From assembly GCA_051294905.1 (NCBI GenBank), contig CM119383.1:21514001-21578000 (forward strand): a stretch of DNA of 64,000 nt, written 5' to 3'. The stretch is from Botryllus schlosseri. Its lineage: Eukaryota. Below, piece after piece: positions 13,050 through 26,321 of the stretch; the first letter of the stretch is position 1, and every line of letters begins with the position of its first letter. The translations under genes were made by a program, and so were the position numbers. Under the pieces are notes generated by a model. That model was given only the letters and a program-made list of their open reading frames with translations. It did no database searches and was not told the DNA's origin.

Positions 13050-13235
13050 CTTGCAAAAGAAATTGAAATTGGAAGTATTTGTTAGATTTTTCATTTTCCT
13101 GATATGTTTCATGCAATCTGTTTAATTTTTCAAGTATTCTTTGCATAGTGAGATGATTACTGAATTTAGATTTATTCTCACCCAGACCTATATGTATTCT
13201 ATGAATTTAACACTAATGATTAGATTTATCTAAAG

Positions 13236-14430
13236 CAGGGGTGGGCAAACTTTTGAGCTCGCGGGCCGCATTCAACATCTGAATCCATTCGCGGGCCGCA
13301 CTATGTAAAATTGGGATTATAAACCAAAATGCAATATTGGTATTTGATTATATAGTGAGGACATGGAGACAATATATGTGCTTATTTAACACAAACTAAA
13401 CATTGCTTTGATGATATCGTACACGCGTCAGAAACATAGTGGCGAGATTTCATAGGCTGGTCGACCTCAATAACCAATTTGTCAAAACTATAGAGATGAA
13501 AGTCGGTTGTCCCGATTCTTAGAGCAAGACAGAAATTTAAATCTGTGAGAAGCGATCTGTTCATAGATTTACTAAATCCACTGTTGGTTCATTTCCAGGG
13601 CACACAATGTGAACTGCATCATGATCATGTTAGCTCCCAACACGCTTTTACTATGTGAAAATCAAATATAAATACCCAAAGTCTACGCATATAGAGAACG
13701 AATCTACCCTAGACACGCGCGAATCCTTTTTCATAAGCACATCACTGAAATAATTAAAACTGGAGTGGCCAATCTGAAATCTCACTCGCGATCCGAATTA
13801 TGTCAATCTCGTTTAGGATTTTTGTGATGTTCAGCAGTTGAAGCCTTTCAAACTGTGTAGGCCTTGAGGTCGGGCTGTCGCGCCAGAAATTAAACATAAA
13901 AAACAATATAGGAAGTATGTACCTTAGAACAGTGGTTCTCATACTTTTTAAGACACGCCCCCCCCCCCCCCCCCATTATAATGGTGACAGATTTCGCGCC
14001 ACCCTTATTGTCATATCACAAAACGCAACCAGGATACAAGCAAACCAAACGGATAGTTTGATGGCATGGAAGGTTACGACCGTGGATGAGATATTTTGAA
14101 ACATGAAATTCAGATTACATACAGCACAATAAATATGAATCGGATGCAAATCGCGCGGACCGCGAAAAATTTCTTCAGTTGAGCTCAGCTTCGCGACCCG
14201 CTTCAGATGCTTTCACGCCTCCAAGGGGGGCGCGACACCCAGTTTGAGAACCACTGTCTTAGAATTATCATGGTAAAATATACTAAAAGTTTAATCAAGT
14301 CCCTGCAATAATTCGATTTTTAGTACGCATTTTATGAATATTTAAAAAAGTTTCTCTATACTCTCGCGGGCCGCAGAGAACGGTGTTGCGGGCCGCATGC
14401 GGCCCGCAGGCCGTAGTTTGCCCACCCCTG
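13236..14430. mobile_element. Non-autonomous hAT-type element (CAGGGGTGGGCAAAC termini) containing a nested MITE
   Basis: TIRs caggggtgggcaaac / gtttgcccacccctg; 8-bp flanks atctaaag / atcaaaag (7/8); gcgggccgca motifs. Confidence 0.88.
13930..14256. mobile_element. Nested hAT-type MITE (CAGTGGTTCTC termini)
   Basis: TIRs cagtggttctcatact / agtttgagaaccactg; TSD ccttagaa / tcttagaa (7/8). Confidence 0.88.
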
Positions 14431-15160
14431 ATCAAAAGTAACACATAACATCGTAAATGAATTGACCATCAAAAACGGAATGCAGAATTAAGATGAAAGC
14501 AGGACAGCCAAATGAAATTTGAAGGGCGAAAACTGGATTCTATTGAAACAACATCTTCGTTATTAGAAACAAGGTGGCGAAGTATATGAGTTTGGAGAAA
14601 ATCGTCAATAAGACTGTTAAAAACTAATGGATTTTCAAACCTCGCAAACCTCGCTAGAACTACGCAGTTTTGAAAATGTGGAGCCAGAGCTATAATTAGA
14701 TCTATTGCAACTATTCCGAAAAACACGAATCATTGAATTGGGGAGGTTCGACCACTAACGCCCATTCCTGGCTCCGCCACTATTGATCGTGACGACTCTG
14801 AGCGAGCAATGGCAAGAACATCACACAACATATCCCCGGTACCACGATTCACGTCTAACGACAACACATGCTTTCTAGTTGCTCAGCAACTATATTTTTT
14901 ATTGCACAACTAGAAATACAACTACTCACTTTTGAAAAATCGCTACTAGAACTAGAACAGCTAAAAAAAAACAGTAGTTGACCGTCAACTAGCGAGATTG
15001 GTAATTTGTCAAGTTTGTCGTCAATATCATGGATTTTTCTATGCAAATATCAGTGAGATAGTGAAAACAGAACTGCAATGATTTGCATCTCAACACAATC
15101 TCAACAAGTGGGTTTTACAATCTGTAAGTTGGCACTATCAATTTGATCAAAATCACATAC

Positions 15161-15266
15161 TTTCACAAGACCCTTCTGAGAGCACAGACAGATGCTTCCC
15201 TTTCCTGCATCCTGCAACTCTCATGTAGCATTCGTTCGGATACATGATCCCATCGGAGCCGCAAAC
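15161..15266 (-). CDS. AGRN: Agrin exon, last follistatin domain (FS9 equivalent), Kazal half (VCGSDGIMYPNEC...)
   Basis: ttttcaag acceptor, gtatgt donor, phase 0-1; CGSDG motif. Confidence 0.93.
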
Positions 15267-16130
15267 CTTGAAAATGAATTCCGTTAAACTCATATTAGAT
15301 AAATAACAATTTAACTAGAATTGTAACACTAAACAATCGGAGGTGGTCAGCACCGAAATACTTGCATGTCTTAGAAATAACTACTTTTATTTGTAATTGA
15401 CCAAACATGTACTGTGTTACTTGTACTGCTACTTGAGTAGCAATGATTATTACTTTGACCATATCGGTACAATATACGTCAGCGCGACCAGTGGGTCGCC
15501 AAGCTGTTTCAGTAAGTCTTAATTACTAGAGGATGCAGTTTCCTATTCAATTTTCCAAGTATGCCGAAACCACTTATCTTCTCACACTTGTCTTCTCACT
15601 CTTCCTCTAAAATCATTCGTTTTTGCTCCCATAGTCTCCGCAAGTGCCGTTACCATGCTCACAATAATTCGTCAGTCAGATTTTCATGAGAGTCATTTTG
15701 ATTGGACCGTGAAATGGGTCAGTGTGATATTGTGTATGTCTGACAATCAGAACTAATTCATTCCTCCAAGGCTTAGCGGACGTTGATTGGGCAATTCAGC
15801 CATCCAGCCCGATTTGTTGTTATAATAAGCAAACAATTGCTGCGATGCAAGCGACTCAGCATTTTTTTGTTCAATGTAAAAGACAAATTACTGATTAGAT
15901 ACGCGCTTTCTCGTTTGTAATCATCTGTGAAGTGTATCAATTCTCGTCTGCTTGATACACTCATATTTGTCGGCATCTAGTTTAAATCGTTGAATTATGT
16001 TGTAATCGTTTAGTCATAGCTCCCACAATGAAACTTGGATGAAAAGCTGGTCGTGAATTGAAAAAGGTTGCCAAGCACTGCTATATGCTACAGTCAATAT
16101 CCATATCTAATAGAAAGGTGTTTAAGTTAC

Positions 16131-16276
16131 CTTAATCTTAGCATCAGCATCACACTTCGCCACTGCAGGACATCTGCATTCAAACATCTTTGAATGCCCT
16201 GTCATTGCACTGCATTCCTTTCCAAGTTGGCAATCTAGCTCTTCACACGTTGTAGCAGTCTGGGCTTGAACTTGTA
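16131..16276 (-). CDS. AGRN: Agrin exon, last follistatin domain, N-terminal half (TTCEELDCQLGKEC...AKIK)
   Basis: tcatttag acceptor, gtaact donor, phase 1-0; six cysteines in FS spacing. Confidence 0.9.
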
Positions 16277-17583
16277 CTAAATGAACAAAATGAATATATT
16301 TAGTATGGAAGTGGGTCAGCAAAAAAGTTGCTGCGTATTGGAAAATCAGAGGGCTAAGAAAACGTCTATCCATGACGACTACTACGTCTTTGCTAGTAAG
16401 CATATTTATTGTGATGCAATCTAGATTAGTGTGGATGGTTGATTAGTTCAATTTACGACAGTTTTTATCTACTATTACGACAGCATCATGACTTTTCTGA
16501 TTGATAGTGTTTGAAATATGTGTCAACAATCTCAACACAAGATTCAATGTTCACACTACAGAAATGTTGCTAGCAATGCCATTTGTTAACTATTGTAACG
16601 ATGTTAAACTGTATTTTACTACTATCAAGTAATCAAAGGTTCGATATAGTATGGAATTACTTCTAAAAGCATTCGTTTACTGCCATTCTATGCAGCATTA
16701 CTTCTATCAGTAAAATATGTCTGCTGGTACAGCAGATATATATATATCGGGAAATCATATGAGGAACAGCATTGGTTTTTATATATGTACTATAAAAGCT
16801 GCCGAAACCAAAATATATCAAACCATGACACATAGCTAATAAGCCCATGGAATATCTATTTACGGCCACGACAATGAATATGGTATAGCTATTGAATTTG
16901 TATAAACAACATGGTATACCACATCAAATATCTACTTAACAACAGGAAGATATTATGAGATTACATTGAAAGCTCTCGTGTAAAGCTGATTAAAGTGATG
17001 CTGTAGATCTGAATCGCAACAGCGCAGGTGCGTGATTTTACATCAAAAATAATATCTTGTATGTATTGAGGATCAAAGGGATAGGTTAAAATTCCCGAAA
17101 ACTTATTGATTTTTTTATCAATTAATTTGGTGCATCTAGGCATTTGCAATTTGATTTGCAAGTCGATCTACTGCTGCTCAATATCATTACGTTTTACAGC
17201 ACTATTTTCGAGACACTGTATGGACTTCTCGTCACCAGGCTAGACTAAAGTAAACTATAAGTATATATAAAAACGGATTATACTAATACTATTATACAGT
17301 CTGCCTGGTAAAATACTTAGCCTGGCGATCATAGCGAGTTGTGACTATTCAGATCTCGCACAGCAAACTGAAATAGTTTATAATCCTGTATCAGACAGAC
17401 TTCGATGTTTGAAGAAACATTTGAAGGTATATGAAATTAATTCTAAAGCTATTTACGATATATAATGTCCGCAAACAACTATTTTGTAGCAATTTAATGC
17501 AATTGTAAATCATTGATAAATATACTATTAATTTATATGATTCTCCGTGATGAAAAAGTAAATGAATGAAACCGTCGCCTTAC

Positions 17584-17727
17584 CATCCACACAGCCATGG
17601 CTAGTTAGTATTCCACCATCTTCACAGATTGAGCACTTAGTACCAGTCATGCCTTCTTTGCAAGTGCATTGCCCTGTCATAGGGTCGCAATCATCGCGTA
17701 CTGAGCCATCATGATCACAATGACATC
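17584..17727 (-). CDS. AGRN: Agrin exon, laminin-EGF 2 (CHCDHDGSVRDDCDPMTGQCTCKEGMTGTKC...)
   Basis: ttttcag acceptor, gtaagg donor, phase 1-1; GSVRDDC-x-QMTG-like agrin LE2 motif. Confidence 0.95.
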
Positions 17728-18500
17728 CTGAAAATACGATGTTGAAAGCCATTAAAAGTGTTCTATGCATATCGGTCATGACATCGTCAAGGCTCGGGAG
17801 GGTGTCTGATTTTAAAGACTACTCGAACTCTTTTCAACATCATGGTATCTTGTCAATGTATCGCAATCCTGTGGTGTGGTGATCTGATGAAATAATTAAT
17901 CAAACTAATACTGATAAAAAGCTATTTCTCTGCCATTGAAAAACAAAATAACCGCAACATTAGTCAGCTGACAATAACACACAGCGATATGAATTAACGA
18001 TCAAATTAGGCGACACAGCATCCCCTGAAATTTACATACCATATATCAAATATGAAATGGAGATGTTTGGTAATTTGATGTGACGTTTTTCATGTCAAAA
18101 GCTGGACAACAAAATTTGATCAATATTCATGTTTTTATCAACTTATGTTAGTACCCACTATATGGGAGTGGTAAATGCTTAATGGAATTCGGTAACCTGC
18201 TGTAATTGTGGAAACGCCATTTCCGTCAAGTGTCTATCAACCCATGCACAGCGTTGTGACAAAGTGCAAGGACATCGGTGTGGTCGAAAACATCCCAAAT
18301 TATCTTTAAAGTGGTGTGGAACTGGCAATATTTTCTTTGTGGGACATATTTGAACTCTACTAGTTGCTGACGATTACCCCTGATGAGTGTAAGGTGAAAA
18401 CATTCGGGTTCATTTCAATATGAAAATTTGTCTAATGGGTTGGACATAATTACCAGCAACTGTGATACAAATGCAGGAAACATAATGTAAATGTACATAC

Positions 18501-18665
18501 TCATGCATCCAACTGCTTTGCGATCTTGCACAGCTCTGAAGTTCCAGTATCCGGGGAGACATTGGTCACAGTGACGTCCCGTAATGCCAGGCCGGCAGAC
18601 ACACTGTCCAGTCGTGTGATTACAGAACGGTGAAAACGAGCCATCTTCATTGCATGTACACGTTT
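18501..18665 (-). CDS. AGRN: Agrin exon, laminin-EGF 1 (CTCNEDGS...TGQCVCRPGITGRHCDQCLPGYWNFR...)
   Basis: tttctag acceptor, gtatgt donor, phase 1-1; PG(F/Y)WNFR is characteristic of agrin LE1. Confidence 0.95.
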   Translation of the reverse strand, partial: KRVHAMKMARFHRSVITRLDSVSAGLALRDVTVTNVSPDTGTSELCKIAKQLDA

Positions 18666-19690
18666 CTAGAAATGATTCAATAAAACATCAACGGCAAGCA
18701 AAGCCGGAAAATCCACAGAGATCCATTGGGATTTGTAATCATTTTAGGTGAAGAAAGGGAAAAATCAGAAAGTAATCTCAACCCAGTAAGCCAAAGCATA
18801 AGATTCCTTGGACAGGTGTAAGTTATAAGATATAAATCAATAATCCCAGTGTAGAAGTCACATATTATTGACCTCGACTCTATACCACTATGTTGTAATG
18901 TCACGAAAATTACCGATATTTCATTACCTCTAATGGTCTATATGTGCATTTCTTTCAAAGTATGATGAGGAAGAGATATTATCGGATATACATTGGAAAG
19001 TATTTTGGATATGATAGCAAACAACCCTAACTTATCAGAGGTCAAAAGAATGAAGTAAAGCTGTTTTTACAAACTGAACAAATGTCAGAGGCAACATTCA
19101 TTCAGTAGTAGCCATTACTTAATTATCTGAACCACAATGCATTATCAAAGTTAATTTACACTTCATTCACATTGCTAACTCATTTATCTGGTTTCAAAAA
19201 GCAAATGGTATTATGTTCACCAGGTTTAGGATAGTATTTCACAATTATTGTGTAAACGGTGTAATTGAACAGTCATCTGTCAAAAGATCCTTTCTAGTTA
19301 TCTGGGCGGGTTGGTTACAAAATAAGTGGGAGAAGTACAGATCAAAACAACAAGCCCTGAGTGGTGAAGGCAATTTCTCAATCCCCGACACCAATTCACA
19401 TGATGATGAATTATTATCTTAGCTTGCTGCCATTGCCTGACATCTAAAGTGCTTAGATGCAAAGCACGATTCTTGAGAAAATTGTGCTATGAAAAATAAT
19501 GCCCTCAGCAAATTACGTCAGTGATTTTTTTGTAATTCACAATTGACCATCTATTATTCAGTTACTACAAAACAGTTGGAATTCGACTTCCTATTCTATA
19601 ATAGCTGCAGTGCTGGGTATGGTATGACTAGCAATTCATCACTTTTTTGAATGTTTCTACAGTTTTGAGTACATGGGGTGGGCCACTCAC

Positions 19691-19771
19691 CAGGGCAGCC
19701 AATTTTCCTGCTGTTTTTAGCAGGAGTTATATCGTCGTCACAACAGCCAAACGTGGACCTCGAGCAAGGAT
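19691..19771 (-). CDS. AGRN: Agrin exon, Cys-rich linker (DPCSRSTFGCCDDDITPAKNSRKIGCP)
   Basis: tatttcag acceptor, gtgagt donor, phase 1-1; matches the agrin/papilin-type GCC-x-D motif. Confidence 0.92.
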
Positions 19772-20721
19772 CTGAAATAAAATAGATTTAAGTCAATAAA
19801 TATGTTCAATGAAATTTTTTCAATCACACAACATCTTCTAATTAATTTATGTTATGTGGCAGCTCTTCTTTAGCATAGAACTTCCAAGTAAAGCCTATAT
19901 TTTATATCAATAAGAAATCAAGCCTTTTCAGAATGCTTGTGCAAGATGCGTAACTGACTGAACTGGGAAACATATCATGCAATGAATAGTTTTTAAAGTT
20001 ATTCGAGTTTAATACCAGAAAGCATCTAGGTAAAATCATAAAGCAAATCATTATCTGAAACAATTCGGAATATAGGCCCCTACATATTGAACCATAACAG
20101 TTGGGACGAGGTCTGCAAATGCATCTGCATTGTTACAAGTGTTACATTGGGCATTGTAAGTACTAATACCAAGATGGCCAAGTTTGCAAACCTGAGAAAG
20201 ATGGTCATGAAAATAATCCCTCTGCTCGGTCTACATACATTTGCGAGCACACATTTTTGACCATTAACATTAGTAAGACAAAGCTGTATTCCCATCTAAC
20301 CAAGGGTTTCTAGCTTTCTACATCCGATACACAGCCGAGTTCAAAGAACTTGTTGACAACTTTGATCGACCACAGATGTCTCATTGACTTCAACAGCTAT
20401 TGAAGTACATTAGGTTGATAAATTCATTAAACACTGTCTTTGGTGTCAAAGCTCTAATATTAAATAATATGAGGTTATTCTAAAGTTTACATTAAATAGG
20501 GTTTATTCCTTGCGTAGGTGGATAAATAAGCGATTAAGTATCGATTCTGTAATTCTGCCTGCCAAGTACATTTCCCAAATCAGGTCCGCTGACCGGGGAA
20601 TTTGCCAGACCCTGCTCCAAGTAATGGAGTGTTGCAAAAATATCATAACCATCAATCTCAACTAGGAAAATTAAAAAATTAACTACAAAATAGTACAGTC
20701 GAAACATAACTCAAATCTCAC

Positions 20722-20840
20722 CTTCGCATCGGCCAATTTTAACGACATAGATATCTTGCTGGGCCACACATTCCGCCTTCCTCAGCTCACATTCACCAAA
20801 ATAGGTGACGCCATCAGATCCACAAAGCAAATCCTCTGAA
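20722..20840 (-). CDS. AGRN: Agrin exon, follistatin (FS8 equivalent) Kazal half (LLCGSDGVTYFGECELRKAEC...)
   Basis: tttttag acceptor, gtgaga donor, phase 2-1. Confidence 0.93.
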
Positions 20841-22222
20841 CTAAAAAATATTAATTCAATATTTGCATTGATTGCATTCAAAACTATCTCAATAAAGTTG
20901 CAAAAATTCACCGCACTATTCTAAGTTGCCTATATGCCAAGTTGCTCGAATGCAATGACATTTATGAAAGTGAACACTTATTTGACAGGTTGCAATACGG
21001 TGTTGACAAGAAAAACAAACTAAATCAAATATGGCTTTACAGGTGAAACCAGGAACAGTCAAGCAAGCAAGACACTCCTACAAAGTTGGCTATAATCAGA
21101 GTTACGTATTCGACTTCACTCGACTGTGAATCATAAAAACATATTACTGGAATAACATCAGCGTTAAGATATAGAATTGGAATTTTCATAGGTGAAAGGA
21201 GCGTTATTGGGAAACGAAAATAGTTAATGGGCCATATTAATGGGAAAATTGAGTTGAATTTCAAAGTTACCGGGTACCCGTCAAATAAGGAAGCAATAAA
21301 ACGGTAATAAAATCCGGGAAGGAAGTAATATATTAAGTTCCTTATTTCAAAGCAGTTGCAATGCTGCAATTCATTGGATTCAAAGCTAACATGAATTGGA
21401 ATACGCCTATTGAGCTGTTAGCCTGTATTGAAGTAAATGATTGAGTAGATAGGCCTATAGAGTATAAGATATCGACTTCATGCCTATTTATGCCTACAAA
21501 ACCAAGTAAGTTTTCACACACTGTATATGCTTCTTTCATATATAAACTTTCGTGTAGTTTCATTGTGAGATGAACCGTGTGATAATGATCGAGAGACTTT
21601 ACAAACCTATTTGCACAATTTTGGCATTCAATACCCAGCCAACTCTGAATTGACCAGCACTCCTCGATCCATTGAGCATTTCAGTCAGCGAAACCCAGAC
21701 ATATGGCTGGCTAGGTATTCGATATAACGGTCACCCATGTCAAATATCATTTATATATATAGGTTTAGCTCTGTCCGCGTTCAGACTTAGAGCACCATCA
21801 CCGAGGTGATGGAAGTATCCATCAAAAAAGAGAGAATCAAAGATTTGAATTATAAATTAAATTTCCCGTGAAAGTGCTGCTTGGATTGAAAAAATAGCTT
21901 GATGTTGGCAGTCTGGTAGTCAGACAGGATTAATGTTCTGTATATCAAAGACATTAATTTGAAACCATGGTTTTATAACTATCCTTTCACTTCTGTCCAT
22001 ATTATGTTTTGACAGCATGATTGAACTCGAAGATAAGGTAAAATATTCCAGTTTTACATAACCTTCTCCAGTCCTTTATTGATGGATCACAACACATGAT
22101 GGCAACATGACTCAAAAATGAATATATTTGTCATGCACATATAATAATAATGATTAGCTGGTGCTATAGCGGAGGAGTATGGTAGTCTGTTTGTGAACAA
22201 GCAGTACTTCAAATGTGCCTAC

Positions 22223-22367
22223 CTTTCGCATATGATGTCGCAAATGCATCTTTCGTCTTCGTCATCAATAGTCATTTCATATCTTCCACCAAATCGACAT
22301 CCACAGTCACCTGAGCCTTCAGTATCGCAATCGGATTCGCCTAGCTCCTCGATAGGTATGTTGGGGA
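22223..22367 (-). CDS. AGRN: Agrin exon, GAG site (DTEGSGD) plus N-terminal half of the FS8 equivalent
   Basis: gttatag acceptor, gtaggc donor, phase 1-2; acidic Ser-Gly then CGCRFGG...CICDIIC. Confidence 0.88.
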
Positions 22368-22743
22368 CTATAACATTTTGTGATCAAATAACAACTCAAA
22401 AGTAGCAGGCAATATAATTGACACTTAAGTTGATGCAATTCAACAATCGGCCTTATCAGTAGGCAAAATGAAAAAGCTAAGGTAGACTAATGAATGCGAA
22501 ATTCATCAACATACTGCAATATCTCGCATACTGATGAAAGCCTTAAATATTGCTTTATGTAACATGAACATGCGCACTACCAGTCAAAGTAAAGTTCTCT
22601 ATTGTTCATAAAAGGAAACATCCTTCTTTGAATAGAATGTTATAAACGGCATTGACACAACATTACTTACTTTGATGAGGTTAGGTGCGTCAGACTTTTA
22701 TCAAGTTTTAAAATTGACCGATTTTCATGGCCTTATGGTCGCC

Positions 22744-22957
22744 AGTCTGCCGCCCAACATGGCATACTCTATTAGTGGAATTCATACATGACGTTTCAAA
22801 CCAGCTTAAACCCTTTCAATACTTACAATGCCTGGGAGGGTATCATGTTCAGCCTGCTGCCAAACATGGCATACTCTATTAGTGGAATTCATACATGACG
22901 TTTCAAACCAGCTCAAACCCTTTCAATACTTACAATGGCTGAGAGGGTATCATGTTC
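22744..22957. repeat. Tandem duplication, two ~107-bp units
   Basis: Unit starts at 22744 and 22851, near-identical (ggcatactctattagtggaattcatacatgacgtttcaaaccagc...). Confidence 0.9.
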
Positions 22958-23483
22958 TTACAACTGCTAACCATGCGTGACTTTGTAGTCATATTCATAT
23001 AGTGACATCATGCTGTAAAATGACGTATGCGGTATGTGGATCAGTTTATTTGAAATATTTTTCAAGGCCGGAAGGGTTTATACAATCCAGGAATGTGCTT
23101 ATAATTAGTGCCCAGCTGTTATTCAAAAGATAACACATCCAGCGTAGGGTGCATTTCGAAAACTTTATATCATTTATTTGAACAGCTTTGCAGCCATTGC
23201 TATGCTTCGACAAGAAATAAAATAGCTGCATCTGTAAGCTACAAGAAATACATCGATATTTTCAGTCTAACAGTCGCAGATTATAGTTCTCCGACTCCCT
23301 ACTAATATGCTGTGACGTCACGAATATTTTCGATATTTTCACTTTTAATGGTCCATACCAATATTCCTTTTAAATAGTGATATTGACTTGATATTATAGG
23401 AGAATGGAGAAATCAGTTGGGCTCTAGTTATGACCTGGCATGTTTTTCTCTAATTTAGCAAGGAACCAACTCTCAAAACTTAC

Positions 23484-23607
23484 CACAAGGATTCCTGTGC
23501 ACAGCCGTGATTGGCTTTTTCTTGTTGCAAGAAGCAATCGTCATTTCGCAGTCATTTTCATACGTGACACCATCCGAGCCACAGACGGGATCATGCAGTT
23601 GGAGACA
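23484..23607 (-). CDS. AGRN: Agrin exon, follistatin Kazal half (CLQLHDPVCGSDGVTYENDC...)
   Basis: ttttaccag acceptor, gtaagt donor, phase 0-1; preceded by a 56-bp intron. Confidence 0.93.
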
Positions 23608-23663
23608 CTGGTAAAATTTCAAAGTCAGTTTTCAACAAAATTCAAAACAACATAACATCATAC

Positions 23664-23752
23664 ATTTTCCGGACAGATGCATTGAGCGCTTCCGTTCGAA
23701 AGTTCTTCGCATTGGCCGCCAACTCCACATTCAACATCATCACATGGACTCT
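23664..23752 (-). CDS. AGRN: Agrin exon, follistatin N-terminal half (SPCDDVECGVGGQC...CICPEN)
   Basis: atatttag acceptor, gtatga donor, phase 1-0. Confidence 0.9.
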
Positions 23753-24358
23753 CTAAATATATACGAACGTTATTTTAATTTACAGTATTAGTCTGTTCAA
23801 TATGAGAATTTATACATTCGATGTTATTTCTCCAAATTGTAATGTTATGGTCAACGTAAATATGAAGTTGCAAATTCTCATGCATCGTTTTAATTTGATA
23901 TCAGATATGGTGGTTATGAAACGACTTGTAGTACTTCTGTTCAGCAGTTCATATGCCACAATATAGGCCCAACTGTCCGACAGCAGCTCTTGTGCCATCA
24001 TTATCATTAGCAAGTCCTTGACATCAACACAGAATTTCGAGAAGATAGGAAAATTGATATGGGCTTTAGACCATTCAGGAAAGTAGGTATTTTTTAATGC
24101 TGTGAGTAGGTTCAACGTACAAATACGGCAACATAGTATAAAGATTTTTAATATAAAACAAATGCAATATGAAATTAGCGAATAAATATCTCGACAGGGT
24201 TGGTAAATCATGAGATTTGCCAGAATCACCATCAAGAGCTATTATGATCTTGTTGTGAACAGTTAAGCAAGAATATTCAAATTCCCTAAGTCCAACTAGG
24301 TCCAAACCCCCTTATATCTTGTTGCATTAGAGTGGTAGCGTCACTAGATCACACATAC

Positions 24359-24432
24359 TGCAATATCCTTGTTTCTTGACAGATACTTGAACGCTTTTAA
24401 CACAGTTGTCCCTTGTAAGTTCGCAAAGATTC
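24359..24432 (-). CDS. AGRN: Agrin exon, follistatin C-terminal part (NLCELTRDNC...QGYC)
   Basis: ctttcttaccag acceptor, gtatgt donor, phase 2-1. Confidence 0.9.
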
Positions 24433-25116
24433 CTGGTAAGAAAGGAGACACACATTTGAATTGGTTGAATGTGATTCATAATATTAGAGTTACTGGTCGC
24501 AAAAAGCAGGCTACACCTATCACATCGACACTATAAAATCAAACATGTTGTTTTGTGTTGATTTTGTAAGGGACATTAAAAAATTTGCCAAGGGACTGTT
24601 CCGTGAATTTTTTTTTGAAAAGTTTGAAAACCACCGCTCCAGCGTTTGTCAAGTACAAAAGCCACAAATCGAGAAAACAGAGGAGAGATAATATAAAATC
24701 GCTATGTAGGCATTTGAAATATATTTGTATGTCTGGAGTAACATCTGTGAAATAAATAAATTGTAATCCTCAGCACAGAACTTCCAGGTCAAGTGGCCAG
24801 CCAGCTAAAGCAAATATATCTATTAGCTATTCTATACTGCTACAGGAATGCCATGGCAAGTCCCCTGTACTAGCCTACTTGCACCACAGAGATGAAGTGG
24901 AATGGTACATTTGTTAAAATTCCTTTAGCTGCAGTTCTAACTGAGGAAAATGGATGCTGTAAAAGATATTTCCACATTTTCAACTTTAATATCAGACCGG
25001 ATAATCTTTACAGCAAAATACCACTTCCATAACAAGGATGAACACACATTTATACTGATCATCACAAATTGGTATTGAGATGCCTCACCAACGCAATGAG
25101 AACACAGCTATCTCAC

Positions 25117-25258
25117 TTGTAGGTTTTGTCATTTGAACCGCAAACAGGCGCAAAGTCATTCTGACAGGTGACGCAATCGCAAGACGGTACTCCATTGGTT
25201 ACGATGCAGGTGCTTCCAATTTCGCAACTCCATCCGTCACACGGATTACTTTGGGTCT
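25117..25258 (-). CDS. AGRN: Agrin exon, follistatin N-terminal part (NPCDGWSCEIGSTC...APVCGSNDKTY)
   Basis: ctcttgaag acceptor, gtgaga donor, phase 1-2. Confidence 0.92.
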
Positions 25259-26321
25259 CTTCAAGAGGAATAAAGTCAGGTATTAACCAAAGGATATATC
25301 AATGATGTGTTGTGTCTACAGCTTTTGAAGCTGGAATACTTCGTTAAAATTTCATCCAGTAATAAGCTAAATAACTTTGGGAAAGATTTGTATTGTAATG
25401 ACCTGGCTATGCAGTCTTCTCATATCACAGTAGCAGAAAAATTGTGGCTATGGCGATATCAGTCAGTCAGCATTACTGTGTTAATTGAAACTTGAAATTG
25501 TAAGCGACTGATTCATTTCATATGACGGACCTGATGCGTGGAACAGTAGGCTATCCCGCCAATGAATACTAGTCCGCCCTCAAGATTACCGGACAACGAC
25601 CCGACTTATCAATCTCGCCATCCGTGACATGCCAGCCCATTTTGTCGCTTGCTTTTCCATACCTCCTTCTTACATGTTTTCATTCATTGTGCATGCCTCC
25701 TCTTTACATCGCCTAGGCCAAGGTGGGTGTCTGATTCCAAAGACTACTCCAAGTCGTTTCGACACCATCCAATCTTTTCATTGTATCGCGAATTTTGTGA
25801 TGAGTATTGAACTGATAAAAATTGCTAATAAACTGAACAAGAACCTAGTTTGGTTCAGTTATAATTTTGAAGGCATTAATATTATTACTGTTAATGATTA
25901 TTGAAACTAGGTCATGGTGCTTGGGTCCTTTGCACCACCAGCTAAGCAATTTAATCAACAAAGAAGGCTAGCTCATGAAGTCTGTCAGAGACTATAAGAT
26001 ATTCAGAATATTGGGGTATTTGTCAAAATTAATTATAGGTTATACGCCGTCTTGATGCAACTATAAAATCGATTACATGTTCTAAAACATTGCAATCAGT
26101 CAATAAGTTGTCCAAGTTAAATAGAATACTTATTCGCTGTTCAATTTTTCTTAGTATCCGGTGACTCTGTTCAAGTTCAAGACATAACTTCTTCATGAGC
26201 CAAAGTATAATTCAACGCATTACCTCAATATCCACTTGAGTACCATCAGGAGCCACTTTGACCCCTCTGCATCATATATATTAGTATTTTCAGGAGGAAG
26301 TGACTGATGGAAGAATACTGG

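Noticed and set aside
14470-14870. Protein-like plus-strand stretch with in-frame stops (…LELRSFENVEPEL*LDLLQLFRKTRIIELGRFDH*…)
   Set aside because: Could be a decayed pseudogene or transposon fragment, but I cannot assign it to any family.
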